A stretch of DNA of 50,397 nt from Flavobacterium sp. (GCF_044368625.1 NZ_JBIPPD010000001.1:1-50397), one strand, 5' to 3'. Positions 8,360 through 18,722 are shown, counted from the stretch's first letter. Notes: a model not told the origin generated them from the letters alone. Numbers and translations are program-made.

Positions 8360-9004
8360 ATGGAAAACTCAATTGTAATTGTAGACGATCATGTTTTAAT
8401 AGCAAAAGCGTTAAGTGGTATTATTTCAAATTATGAAAACTTTCGCGTATTGTATGAGTGCGAAAACGGAAAAGAGTTAATAGAAAAATTAAAATTTGAA
8501 AAAAACTGTCCAAAAATAGTTTTACTCGACATCAGCATGCCTGTAATGGACGGTTTTGAAACTGCAAAATGGCTCAAAGAAAATCATCCTGAAATTAAAA
8601 TCATGGCGTTGAGCATGCAGGACGATGATCAAAGTGTGATTAAAATGATTAAAAATGGTGCTCACGGCTATTTACTCAAAAATACACATCCCGCACATTT
8701 AGAGCAGGCCATGTTAAAATTAGTTCAAGATGGATTTTATTACCCCGAATGGGCGTCAAAAATAGTATTTTCAAGCTTAAATTCGACTGATTCTCGTCAA
8801 GCAAATTTTCCGAAATTGACCGAAAGAGAGAAAGAATTTTTGAAATATTCCACTTCTGAAATGAATTACAAAGAAATTGCCGAGAAAATGTTTTGCAGTC
8901 CTCGAACGATTGAAAGCTACAGAGACCATTTATTCGAAAAATTAGAAATTAAAACCCGTGTGGGACTAGCTGTTTTTGCAATAAAAAATGGATTTTCGGA
9001 CTGA
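8360..9004 (+). CDS. NarL/LuxR-family response regulator
   Basis: IVDDH, LLDISMPVMDG, GYLLK receiver motifs; LTEREKE..EIAEKMFCSPRTIESYR HTH. Confidence 0.95.
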   Translation: MENSIVIVDDHVLIAKALSGIISNYENFRVLYECENGKELIEKLKFEKNCPKIVLLDISMPVMDGFETAKWLKENHPEIKIMALSMQDDDQSVIKMIKNGAHGYLLKNTHPAHLEQAMLKLVQDGFYYPEWASKIVFSSLNSTDSRQANFPKLTEREKEFLKYSTSEMNYKEIAEKMFCSPRTIESYRDHLFEKLEIKTRVGLAVFAIKNGFSD

Positions 9005-9145
9005 TCCTAACTAAAAAATGTCAAAATAAACGAAATTGCCATTAACGCCTTTACATTAAATCTGCAAGTTAATATAAGTGTCGTTTAAATTGTTGCAAAT
9101 ACGGTTTAAAATGACTAACCTTACTCCACTTTTATAGACTTACCA

Positions 9146-9865
9146 ATGAACGTAAAATTCTATCTTATCGTGCTCCTTTTTGGCTTTGTAAAAAATAATA
9201 TACAAGCCCAAAGCTATTTCCCTAAATTGAACAATTTGTTTTTAATGAATGAAGGAGCAGAATCCATTTTTACTCCCGAAACTGAATTTTTCAGGTTAGA
9301 ATTAAGAGAAAATTTCAACAAATTATTTTACGGTGATTTACAAACCTCCAACGGCGGAAGTCGCAGGAATTCGTCGGCATTTTACAGTATGAAAATTATT
9401 CCGCGATTTGTTTTTGAAACGAATTTGTTTGATGCTTCGATGAAATTAAAATTCAATGTTCCTAATGACGGCAGTAAATACCCCTCTTTTCCAATTATTT
9501 GTAATGAATACAGCGCCATTTCTGATGACGATAAGAAAGAAGGAAAAGGTACTATTTCTACTGATAAAGGAGCGCTTTCGGTTCAATTTTCGAGTAATTT
9601 AATTGCATCCATTGTCAAAGAGATTCCAAGTGCGTTTTTGATTGAACAAATTAATTATACGTACAAGAATGATGTTTTTGAAATCGATTTACAAGGTGAA
9701 TTTGCAAATGATGTCAAAATAAAAAAAGTTAAATATCTTAAGGATGCGATTCAAAATTTAAAATTGGTGGTTAAAAATAACTCCGTAACCGTTTACGTTG
9801 TCTCTAAAAATAAGGCTCTAGAGGTATATACCAAATTCATTGAAAATGAAACATCAAAAAAGTAA
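9146..9865 (+). CDS. Secreted hypothetical protein
   Basis: 239-aa ORF with signal-like N-terminus (..IQA|QS). Confidence 0.65.
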   Translation: MNVKFYLIVLLFGFVKNNIQAQSYFPKLNNLFLMNEGAESIFTPETEFFRLELRENFNKLFYGDLQTSNGGSRRNSSAFYSMKIIPRFVFETNLFDASMKLKFNVPNDGSKYPSFPIICNEYSAISDDDKKEGKGTISTDKGALSVQFSSNLIASIVKEIPSAFLIEQINYTYKNDVFEIDLQGEFANDVKIKKVKYLKDAIQNLKLVVKNNSVTVYVVSKNKALEVYTKFIENETSKK

Positions 9866-9869
9866 AGTT

Positions 9870-10307
9870 ATGAAAATCAATATATTACTATTAATTATAT
9901 TTACAACTTTTTTAAGTCAAGCACAAACTAAAGTCATTGCTCATAAAAGTCATAGCGGTTCTAGACATTCGTTTATGAAAGCCTATCAGAAAAATTTGTT
10001 CGACATTAATCGTTCGAATTTTGGTTTACCTGGCAATAGAACTATAGTTGTTTTGGACAAAGTGGTAGCCTTGAATGATTCCATAACTGTACTTAAAATG
10101 CGCGAATCGGTCGTGTGTTATCCGTTTCAAATGAGTTATAAAAAATTAAAAGATTCCGATTTTAAACCTAAAGTAGATACGTTAAAAAACCACAAAATTT
10201 TCAATAGAAAAAATTCGGTAGCTGCAATAAAAGCATTTAAAAACTATTATCCCGTCCAGTTTAACAATTCCATCGACAGTGTGTCATTTATTGGTTTTAG
10301 AAAATAA
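9870..10307 (+). CDS. Secreted basic hypothetical protein
   Basis: Start at MKINILLL gives signal ..SQA|QT, followed by IAHKSHSGS. Confidence 0.65.
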   Translation: MKINILLLIIFTTFLSQAQTKVIAHKSHSGSRHSFMKAYQKNLFDINRSNFGLPGNRTIVVLDKVVALNDSITVLKMRESVVCYPFQMSYKKLKDSDFKPKVDTLKNHKIFNRKNSVAAIKAFKNYYPVQFNNSIDSVSFIGFRK

Positions 10308-10315
10308 AAGCTTAC

Positions 10316-11524
10316 ATGAGAAAATTTGTACACCTCCTTTTTTTGCACTTTTCTCTCTTAGGTATTATTTTTATTCCTTTTTCATTCAATTATTTATCAT
10401 TTCAATCCCAACTTACGTCGTTTTTATTTGAAGATATAATTGATGCAATAGCGCGTCTTTTAAATGTTTCCATTTCAAATTCCGAAATTTCATCCGATTC
10501 CACAACGATGTATTTGCTGGTGATTGTACTGTTCGTGATGGCTTTAGCACTGACTTTTCTTGTGCCGCAATTTGCATTTTGGAAAAAAAATAAAATTGAG
10601 ATTGCAGCAGTTATTCCAACCATCTTGGTATATTATTTATCCGTAGTTTTACTTAAATACGGTTTGGATAAAATATTCAAAACACAGTTTTACCTTCCTG
10701 AACCCAACACTTTGTACACGCCTCTCGGACTGTTGGATAAAGATATTTTGTATTGGAGTACAATGGGAATTTCAAATTCTTACAACATTTTTCTAGGGTT
10801 AGTAGAAGTCATTCCTGCCATTTTTTTGCTTTTTAAGAAAACGAGAACCTTTGGATTATTTGTACTTACTGGAATTCTTCTGCATGTTGTTTTTGTGAAT
10901 TTTAGCTTTGATATTTCCGTAAAATTGTATTCATCATTTTTACTATTTTTGTGTTTGTTGCTTTTGGCTCCAGCCGGAAATGCTTTACTACAGTTTTTTG
11001 TTTATAATCGAACCGCTCAATTACCTTTAATTTCGCGACAACATTTAATTCACTCGAAAGTAATTCGGATTTCTTTGAAAGTATTGCTAATCTTAGCTTT
11101 TTTTACCGAAGCGCTTTTGCCCTACATTCAAAATGGATTTCAAAATGACGACCGAATTCCGCGACAAGAACTGCACGGTGCATACAAAATTGTAAAATTT
11201 ACCCAAGCAAACAATGAACTGCTTGACATAAAAATACAGCCAAAACGCCTATTTATACACCGACAAAACTATTTTATTTTTCAATACCAAGATGATTCGA
11301 TGGAGGATTTTCGGTTTGAAATTGATGTTTCAAAAAAAGAATTTATTTTAACGAATTACGACGGTCAAAGCACCGTCATAAATTATAACTATTCAAAAGA
11401 ATTAAAAATACTAGAATTGCACTTCCAAGATTCAGGAATGACAATGTATGCTAAAACGTTGCCTTGGCAAAGTTTACCGCTTTTGCAACCCCTTTATCAC
11501 TGGTCAGTTGACGAAATAAATTGA
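10316..11524 (+). CDS. Multi-pass membrane protein, DoxX-like
   Basis: YGLDKIFKTQF..P..LYTPLG..LYWSTMG and NFSFDISVK pattern; many TM segments. Confidence 0.65.
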   Translation: MRKFVHLLFLHFSLLGIIFIPFSFNYLSFQSQLTSFLFEDIIDAIARLLNVSISNSEISSDSTTMYLLVIVLFVMALALTFLVPQFAFWKKNKIEIAAVIPTILVYYLSVVLLKYGLDKIFKTQFYLPEPNTLYTPLGLLDKDILYWSTMGISNSYNIFLGLVEVIPAIFLLFKKTRTFGLFVLTGILLHVVFVNFSFDISVKLYSSFLLFLCLLLLAPAGNALLQFFVYNRTAQLPLISRQHLIHSKVIRISLKVLLILAFFTEALLPYIQNGFQNDDRIPRQELHGAYKIVKFTQANNELLDIKIQPKRLFIHRQNYFIFQYQDDSMEDFRFEIDVSKKEFILTNYDGQSTVINYNYSKELKILELHFQDSGMTMYAKTLPWQSLPLLQPLYHWSVDEIN

Positions 11525-11529
11525 AAAAT

Positions 11530-12204
11530 TTACCACATAATCAGCTCCTTATTTTGCTTTTTTAAAAAAACATTAGTCTGACTGAAATGTTTGTTGCCAA
11601 ACCATTTTCCTTGATTGGCACTCATCGGCGAGGGATGGCCACTCCTTAAAACCAAATGCTTTTGGGTATCGATTTTTGCCCCTTTTTTCTGGGCAAAATT
11701 TCCCCACAACATAAAAACAACTCCCTCTTTTTCTCGATTAATATGTTCGATTACTGCATCGGTAAAAACATTCCATTCCAAGTGTTTGTGGCTATTTGGT
11801 TTGTCTTTTTCAACCGTAAGTCCCGCATTTAAAAGCAAAACGCCTTGTTTAGCCCAACGTTCTAAACTTCCGAAAATCGGAGGTTCAATACCTAAATCGT
11901 CATTCAATTCTTTAAATATATTGCGCAACGACGGCGGAAAACGGGTGCCATCGTGTACCGAAAATGCCAATCCATTTGCTTCGCCTGTTCCATGATACGG
12001 ATCTTGTCCAATAATTACCACTTTTAAATTGGCCCACTCGCATTGATTAAAAGCTTCGAAAACAAGGCTTTTAGGCGGAAAACAACTGGCTTTTTGATAC
12101 GCATAATGTATTTCCAACCAAAGTTTTTGAAAATAGTTTTTTTCAAATTCAGGTTGCAATTGGTCATACCAAACACGATTTATATTTAAAATTTCGGGTG
12201 TCAA
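11530..12204 (-). CDS. ung: Uracil-DNA glycosylase family 1
   Basis: GQDPYHG, PPSLRNIF, QGVLLLN and HPSP motifs; TTG start. Confidence 0.97.
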   Translation of the reverse strand: MTPEILNINRVWYDQLQPEFEKNYFQKLWLEIHYAYQKASCFPPKSLVFEAFNQCEWANLKVVIIGQDPYHGTGEANGLAFSVHDGTRFPPSLRNIFKELNDDLGIEPPIFGSLERWAKQGVLLLNAGLTVEKDKPNSHKHLEWNVFTDAVIEHINREKEGVVFMLWGNFAQKKGAKIDTQKHLVLRSGHPSPMSANQGKWFGNKHFSQTNVFLKKQNKELIMW

Positions 12205-12440
12205 TTTTTATAAAAAATTAGTGAAACATAATAATTTTCAAGATACAAATTACGGATAAATTCGTTTTGTATCTTTCGAAAAAGACTTAAAAAATCAAAT
12301 ATGTCCCACCTTTTAGCAACTTTCATTGTTTATATTTACAAAAATTTTAGGAAATAAAAAATATGCTTGCGATATTTGGCATTATAATGAAGCAAATACA
12401 CAATAAGTAAGTAAGAACTTAAAAAAATAAATAACTACAA

Positions 12441-14700
12441 ATTAAAAATATTCTGGTTCTATTTACTTTTTTAATTACCAATACCGTTTTTTCTCAGGAT
12501 AATTTTACACAAAAGAAATTGGATTCTATAGAAACGAAACTTTCGAAAGTAAGTAACGATTCGATTCGATTAACAATGATGCTTGGCTTGGGAAGGGATT
12601 ATGCCTTACATGCCAACAAGCGAAATTTAGAATTCAATCAAAAATCCATCGAACTTGCTCAAAAACTCAATCGCCCTTTAGGTATTGCAGAAGCATATGC
12701 AAACTATGGATTGTATTACGAAAGAATAAATGATACACTCAAACAGAAAGAATATTTAGAAAAGATACTTGTATTGGGACAAGAAAAAAAAGACAATAGG
12801 GTTCTTGGAAAAGCATATTTTGAGAAAGGATTTTATTATTGGAATAGAAAAAATCTTCGTAAAACAAATCAATATTTAGAACGGTCTATTGAATTTTATA
12901 AAAAAACAAAAGATAAAAACAGCCTTAGCGAAGTTTATTTGCAAATAGGATTTTTACATCAAGAAGAATTTAAAGATTACAATAAAGCCTTGTTTTATTA
13001 CAGAAAGCATATTGATTTATTTGACAAGGACGACTTTCAACTGATCAACACCTACTCTACAATAGCGAGCATTTATACGATACAATCCAAATATCAAAAG
13101 GCATTGGAATATTACATGCTTTCGGACAAATTATTTAAAAAACACAAGGCCACAGACTCTTTTCATTATGCCCTTTTACAAAGCAAATTGTCCACCGTAT
13201 ATCAAGAGTTGGAAGAATATGACAAAAGCTTAAAATACCTGAGTTTTTCTTTAAAATATTTTTTAAGTAAACAAGATTATCGTGCATCATCTGTACTCTA
13301 TGCCCAACAAGCGGCCTTGTACTTGAAAATGAAAGATTCAAAAAATACCCTAAAAAGTATCGAATCAGCTGCTGAAATTTCTGAAAAAATAAAGAATTGC
13401 GTACAGAAGGAAAACGCCTATTCTGCCATTGCTTATCTATTTTATGATATGAAAAATTATGCAAAAGCATTAGAATTTCATCTCAAATCATACAAAGAAT
13501 GTCCGCTAAATACACCTTATAAAGATATAGAAACGCAAGAATTCAATATCGGAGCGACGTACCTAATGCTAGCCAAAAATCTCGATCAAACCACAAATAC
13601 AACTGCTGCTGTTCCAAAAAATAAAATGGTCTTTTACAACTTGGCGAGAACTATTTGACCCGTGTTATGGAAAGTGCAAAAATAAATTCGAACATTTCAC
13701 TTCTAAATAATTGCTACCTCCATTTGTCGGAAATTGCTGATTTGCAAAACGACAAAAGGAAAGCTTTAGATTATTATAAACAACATATTATTTACAAAGA
13801 CAGCTTAGCAACCATTGAAAACCGTGAATTGCTGGTTCAAAACCAAATGCAATTTGAATTTGATCAACAGGAAAAAGTGAGGGTTGCTGAACAAGAAGTC
13901 AAAGATGCTTTGTCCAGAGAAGAGTTGACCAAAGAAAAAAACAATAGAAACCTGGCCTTGGGTGGAATTGGATTTTTTGTCGTTGTAGCTGGATTTTCTG
14001 CTTTTGCATATGTTCAGAAAAGAAAAGACAACAAAATTATCTCCGAAGAAAAACAAAAATCAGACGATTTATTATTAAACATTTTACCTGCTGAAATTGC
14101 TCAAGAACTGAAAGAAAAAGGCACTTCTGAAGCCAAACATTTTGAGAGTGTTTCGATAATGTTTACCGATTTTAAAGACTTTACCAAACTTTCTGAAAAA
14201 ATTCCTTCGACAGAATTGATTCAAGAATTAAATTACTGTTTCAAAGAATTTGACAACATCATTACCAAACACGGTGTCGAAAAAATAAAAACCATTGGAG
14301 ATTCGTACATGGCGGTTTGTGGACTTCCTGCAAAATATGGCAATCACGCCCAAAAAATGGTGGATGCTGCTTTGGAAATTCGAGATTTTATTGAAAAATA
14401 CAAAGAGAAACGACAAGAAGAAGGAAAATCATTTTTTGAAATGCGAATCGGCATCAATTCGGGCGAAGTTTTGCTGGAATCGTGGGAATTAAGAAATTTG
14501 CCTACGACATTTGGGGTGATGCCGTAAATACCGCTTCGCGAATGGAAAGCAATGGCGAAATTGGTAAAGTAAATATCAGCGAAGCCACCTATAATTTGGT
14601 TAAAAATAATTTCTCGTTTGATTACCGAGGCGAAATGGACGCCAAAGGAAAAGGGAAAATAAAAATGTATTTCGTTGAACCTAAAGAGAATAACGTATGA
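12441..14700 (+). pseudogene. TPR-sensor, single-TM class III adenylate cyclase, disrupted (ATT start plus two 1-nt deletions)
   Basis: Three overlapping ORFs join into signal peptide, TPRs, TM, LLLNILP, FTDFKDFT, KTIGDSYM, RIGINSGEV and YDIWGDAVNTASRMES. 2260 nt + 2 nt = 754 codons. Confidence 0.85.
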
Positions 14701-15269
14701 TTTTTGAAAAAGCAAAAGAATTTATTCTTGAAAAATTAGATCGAGAATTACCACAACAGCTGATGTATCACGATATGAGACACATTTTAGATGTGTATCA
14801 AGCTGCTATCAATTATGCAACATTAGAACAAGTAAATGACGAAGACACCATTTTACTCAAAACTGCCTCCTTGTTTCACGATTGCGGATTTATAATTCAG
14901 GCGGAAAATCATGAGGCAATTTCGTGCCAAATTGCCGAAGAAATTTTGGTACAATTTGACTACAGTCCAGAACAAATTCAGAAAATTAAAGGGATGATTA
15001 TGGCTACCAGAATTCCACAAACGCCAACCAATCATTTGGAAGAAATTTTAGCCGATGCTGATTTAGACTATCTCGGTCGCGACGACTTTGAAGAGATATC
15101 CGAACGGCTTTTTAAAGAGTTAAATTTTTCAAATAGAAATGATTGGAATAAAATACAAATTTCATTTTTTGAAAAGCACAACTATTTTACAAAGTCGGCA
15201 GAAACGCTTAGAAACGCCAAAAAGCAAGAAAATTTAGAGCAAATTATTGCCCAAACAAAATTTAATTAA
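14697..15269 (+). CDS. HD-domain phosphohydrolase
   Basis: YHDMRH, LFHDCGF and DADLDYLG motifs; ATGA overlap with the cyclase stop. Confidence 0.9.
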   Translation: MIFEKAKEFILEKLDRELPQQLMYHDMRHILDVYQAAINYATLEQVNDEDTILLKTASLFHDCGFIIQAENHEAISCQIAEEILVQFDYSPEQIQKIKGMIMATRIPQTPTNHLEEILADADLDYLGRDDFEEISERLFKELNFSNRNDWNKIQISFFEKHNYFTKSAETLRNAKKQENLEQIIAQTKFN

Positions 15270-15271
15270 GC

Positions 15272-16141
15272 ATGAACACCATAAAAATAAAAGACAATTT
15301 CAAAGATTATTTACTGGTTTTGATTGGTATATTTTCGGTAAGTTTTGCTTTAAAAAGTTTGCTAATGCCCAACCACTTTTTTGATGGTGGGATTACAGGA
15401 GTGGCGCTTTTGGTTCATGAAAAATTTCATTACAATATTGCACTAATTTTTATTGTATTTAACATTCCCTTTCTGCTTTTGGGTGCCCAATTGATTGGTA
15501 AATCTTTTGCCATAAAATCGTTAATTTCAATTATAATTCTAGGTTTATTTTTACTCTTTATTCCTTATCCTGTAATTACCCACGACAAACTAATTATTGC
15601 CGTATTTGGCGGTTTCTTTATTGGTTTGGGCGTTGGATTGGGAATGAAGAGCGGTTTTGCACTCGATGGTATTGAAGTTTTGGCAGTCTACACCGGGAAA
15701 AAAGTGGGCTTTTCGATGAGCGAAATTATTTTGGGAATCAACATCATTATTTTTTCTGTTGCCGCAGTATTTTTTGGCTTGGAAGCCGCTTTTTACTCGA
15801 TGCTCACTTATTTCGTGGCCTCAAAAACCATAAATTATGTGGTAGAAGGTTTTGAAGAATTTACAGGAATTACCATTATTTCCTCCAAAAGTGAAGAAGT
15901 AAAACAGTTTCTGGTTTTGCAAATGAGTAAAGGAATTACCGTTTACAAAGGCGAACGGGGTTTTATGAAAGATAATTTTGACAACAGCGTTTCAACAGAT
16001 ATCATCTTTACTGTAGTTACCCGATTGGAGGTAAGAAAACTGAAAAATGCGTTGCATCAAATTGATCCGAGTGCTTTTATTTTCTCAAGTTCAATTAAAG
16101 AAACGGCAGGGGGAATTTTAAAAAAGAGACACGAACATTAA
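15272..16141 (+). CDS. YitT family membrane protein (DUF161/DUF2179)
   Basis: DGGITGVA, FNIPF, C-terminal GITVYKGERG..VVTRLEV..IDPSAFI. Confidence 0.9.
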   Translation: MNTIKIKDNFKDYLLVLIGIFSVSFALKSLLMPNHFFDGGITGVALLVHEKFHYNIALIFIVFNIPFLLLGAQLIGKSFAIKSLISIIILGLFLLFIPYPVITHDKLIIAVFGGFFIGLGVGLGMKSGFALDGIEVLAVYTGKKVGFSMSEIILGINIIIFSVAAVFFGLEAAFYSMLTYFVASKTINYVVEGFEEFTGITIISSKSEEVKQFLVLQMSKGITVYKGERGFMKDNFDNSVSTDIIFTVVTRLEVRKLKNALHQIDPSAFIFSSSIKETAGGILKKRHEH

Positions 16142-16261
16142 TCTAATTTAGCATAATGAATTTCAGAATTTAAACCTGTTTTCAAGTTTTAAAATTAAGT
16201 AATTGATTCCATTAGATTGCTACTCCACTTGACTTGTTGGTACAAGTAAAACGAAATAACC

Positions 16262-16287
16262 TGTAACTTTTTATTGTTCTTTTCGTC
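16262..16287 (+). promoter_or_regulatory. ECF sigma-type promoter
   Basis: TGTAAC-N16-CGTC upstream of the CPBP gene. Confidence 0.6.
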
Positions 16288-16313
16288 CTATGAGTCAATC
16301 AATCAAATCAATC

Positions 16314-17165
16314 ATGCATCAATCACTTCAAAAAATCTTGTATTTTCCAATAACTAAAATCATATTGGGAATTGCCATTTGTTTTTCCATTTTTATCGTT
16401 GTTCAAAATTTTGTTTTAAAACCCATTCTCTACAGCCTTGTTTCAAATAAAAATGTTGCAGACCCAATAATCCATCTCGTTTCTGTATTTGTTTTACTTT
16501 TTTCTTATTATTTTTTCTTTCGCCTTTTTGAAAAAAGACCGGTAAGTGAACTTTCTACAAAGTATTTTCCAAAGGAAATCTTTGGAAGTTTTATCTTCGG
16601 TTTTTTAAGCATTGCTTTGTCGATCTTTATATTATACTTACTCGGAAATTACCATTTTATTTCGATCTCGACAGAAAATTACGCTGTAAAATTGTTTACA
16701 ACCTTGGTGGTAGCGGCATTAATTGAAGACTTATTTCACCGCGGACTCCTATTACGAGAATTAGAAAATTGGTTGGGAACACACACCGCTATTGTACTGG
16801 TAATGCTTCTTGAAACTATACATATTTTTAATCCCAATGCCAATGTTCTTAGCTTTTTTGTATCCTTGTGCTGGGGCTTTACGATGTCGATGCTTTTTGT
16901 ATACACCAAACGCATTTGGCTGCCTTTTTTCTTTCATTTGGGTTGGAATTTTGCCCAACCTTTTTACGGTTCGAATCTAACTGGACTCAACAATCTCGGT
17001 ACAATTATTCAAGCAAAATTTGAAGGTCCGGAGCTTCTCACGGGAGGAAAAGTAGGTATTGAGAATTCAATTATTAACGTAATTTTGTTGCTTTCGATTG
17101 GTGTCTATTTCTACTATCGAGCTCGAAAAGAAGGGAAAATAATTGCGCGAAAAACAGTACATTAA
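16314..17165 (+). CDS. CPBP (CAAX/Abi) intramembrane metalloprotease-like protein
   Basis: EDLFHRG, IHIFNPN and HLGWNF motifs. Start 16314 is preferred because ATG 16290 abuts the promoter -10. Confidence 0.8.
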   Translation: MHQSLQKILYFPITKIILGIAICFSIFIVVQNFVLKPILYSLVSNKNVADPIIHLVSVFVLLFSYYFFFRLFEKRPVSELSTKYFPKEIFGSFIFGFLSIALSIFILYLLGNYHFISISTENYAVKLFTTLVVAALIEDLFHRGLLLRELENWLGTHTAIVLVMLLETIHIFNPNANVLSFFVSLCWGFTMSMLFVYTKRIWLPFFFHLGWNFAQPFYGSNLTGLNNLGTIIQAKFEGPELLTGGKVGIENSIINVILLLSIGVYFYYRARKEGKIIARKTVH

Positions 17166-17209
17166 GCGGAAGAAAAAAGTCAATCTTTTGCTTAAAATTT
17201 TAAATCAAA

Positions 17210-17244
17210 AAAAAATCCACAAACATGACGTTTGTGGATTTTTT
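17210..17244. terminator. Bidirectional intrinsic terminator
   Basis: AAAAAATCCACAAAC-atgac-GTTTGTGGATTTTTT between convergent genes. Confidence 0.9.
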
Positions 17245-17261
17245 AAAAAATAGAAATTAAA

Positions 17262-18722
17262 TTATTTCAACGGAATATTTTTCAATATTTCCAATACAAA
17301 TTTCCAGTATTTCTGTGCCGAAGAAATCGAAGCGCGTTCGTCTGGCGAGTGAGCTCCATGTATCGTTGGCCCGAAAGAAATCATGTCCATATCCGGATAG
17401 TTGGTGCCTAAAATTCCACATTCCAAACCGGCGTGACAAGCGACCACTTTGGGTTTTTCGTTGTTTTGTCTTTCATATAAATCAACCAAAACATCCAGTA
17501 TTGGCGACTTTACATTGGGTGTCCAACCTGGATAGGATCCTGAAAAATTGACTTCGCAACCCATTAATTCAAAGGCAGAACGTAAGGCATTTGCCAAATC
17601 CATTTTAGAAGTTTCTACAGAAGAACGCGTCAAACAACCAATAGTAATTGCACCATTTTTGACAATTACTCGGGCGATATTATTTGAAGTTTCGACCAAG
17701 TCAGCCATATCAGGACTCATTCTATAAACGCCGTTATGAGCGGCATACAATGCCCGAACCAAACCTTCTTGCACTCCTAAATCCATAATTTTTGAGGGCA
17801 AATCGGTTTTCTCAATGGTAATAACCAAATTAGGCTCCATCGTTTTAAATTCGGTTTTGATGTCGCCAATAATTTCCTGCATATCAAAAACATAGGCTTC
17901 GTCGTACATTCCAGCGATTACAACCGTTGCCGTACTTTCCCGCGGAATGGCATTTCGCAAACTTCCACCATCAATTTCTGCAATTTGTAAACCAAAATTT
18001 TCAAATCCGTCAAAAAGCAAACGGTTCATTATTTTATTGGCATTCCCTAAACCTTTGTGAATATCCATTCCAGAGTGTCCGCCATTTAGACCTTTTACCG
18101 AAATTTTGTACGCCACTGCATCTTCGGGAACGTCTTCTTCCTCATAACTTCGGGTTGCCGTTACGTCAATTCCGCCCGCACACCCAATATCAATTTCGTC
18201 GTCCTCTTCGGTATCCAAATTCAATAGAATTTCGCCTTGAAGCAAACCTCCTTTTAAACCCATCGCTCCTGTCATTCCTGTCTCTTCATCAATTGTAAAC
18301 AAAGCTTCAATTGCGGGATGCGGAATATCTGTTGATTCTAAAATTGCCATAATGGTAGCAACTCCCAGGCCGTTATCGGCTCCAAGCGTAGTTCCTTTGG
18401 CCCGAACCCAGTCGCCATCAACATACATTTCGATACCTTGTGTATTGAAATCAAATACTGTAGTCGCGTTTTTTTGATGAACCATATCCAAATGCGATTG
18501 CATCACGATGGTTTTACGGTTTTCCATTCCAGCAGTTGCGGTTTTTTTGATGATTACGTTTCCGACTTCATCTTCGATGGTTTCCAAACCCAAATTTTTA
18601 CCAAAATCTTTCATAAATGCAATCACACGTTCTTCTTTTTTTGAAGGACGAGGTACCGCATTTAGGTCGGCAAATTTATTCCAAAGTTGTTTAGGTTCGA
18701 GGATGCGAATTTCTTGGCTCAT
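17262..18722 (-). CDS. pepD: Aminoacyl-histidine dipeptidase (M20C)
   Basis: PRPSKKEE, QSHLDMV, TTLGADNG, DEETG, GGHSG, HAGLECG and HSPDE motifs. Confidence 0.95.
   Translation of the reverse strand: MSQEIRILEPKQLWNKFADLNAVPRPSKKEERVIAFMKDFGKNLGLETIEDEVGNVIIKKTATAGMENRKTIVMQSHLDMVHQKNATTVFDFNTQGIEMYVDGDWVRAKGTTLGADNGLGVATIMAILESTDIPHPAIEALFTIDEETGMTGAMGLKGGLLQGEILLNLDTEEDDEIDIGCAGGIDVTATRSYEEEDVPEDAVAYKISVKGLNGGHSGMDIHKGLGNANKIMNRLLFDGFENFGLQIAEIDGGSLRNAIPRESTATVVIAGMYDEAYVFDMQEIIGDIKTEFKTMEPNLVITIEKTDLPSKIMDLGVQEGLVRALYAAHNGVYRMSPDMADLVETSNNIARVIVKNGAITIGCLTRSSVETSKMDLANALRSAFELMGCEVNFSGSYPGWTPNVKSPILDVLVDLYERQNNEKPKVVACHAGLECGILGTNYPDMDMISFGPTIHGAHSPDERASISSAQKYWKFVLEILKNIPLK

Noticed and set aside
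13655-14700. Separate genes at 13655-14527 and 14482-14700
   Set aside because: They are consecutive fragments of one cyclase; the catalytic motif is split mid-strand.
14697-15269. Pycsar/CBASS anti-phage system
   Set aside because: The cyclase is a TPR receptor type with adenine-specifying residues; no Pycsar TM/TIR effector or CD-NTase is visible.
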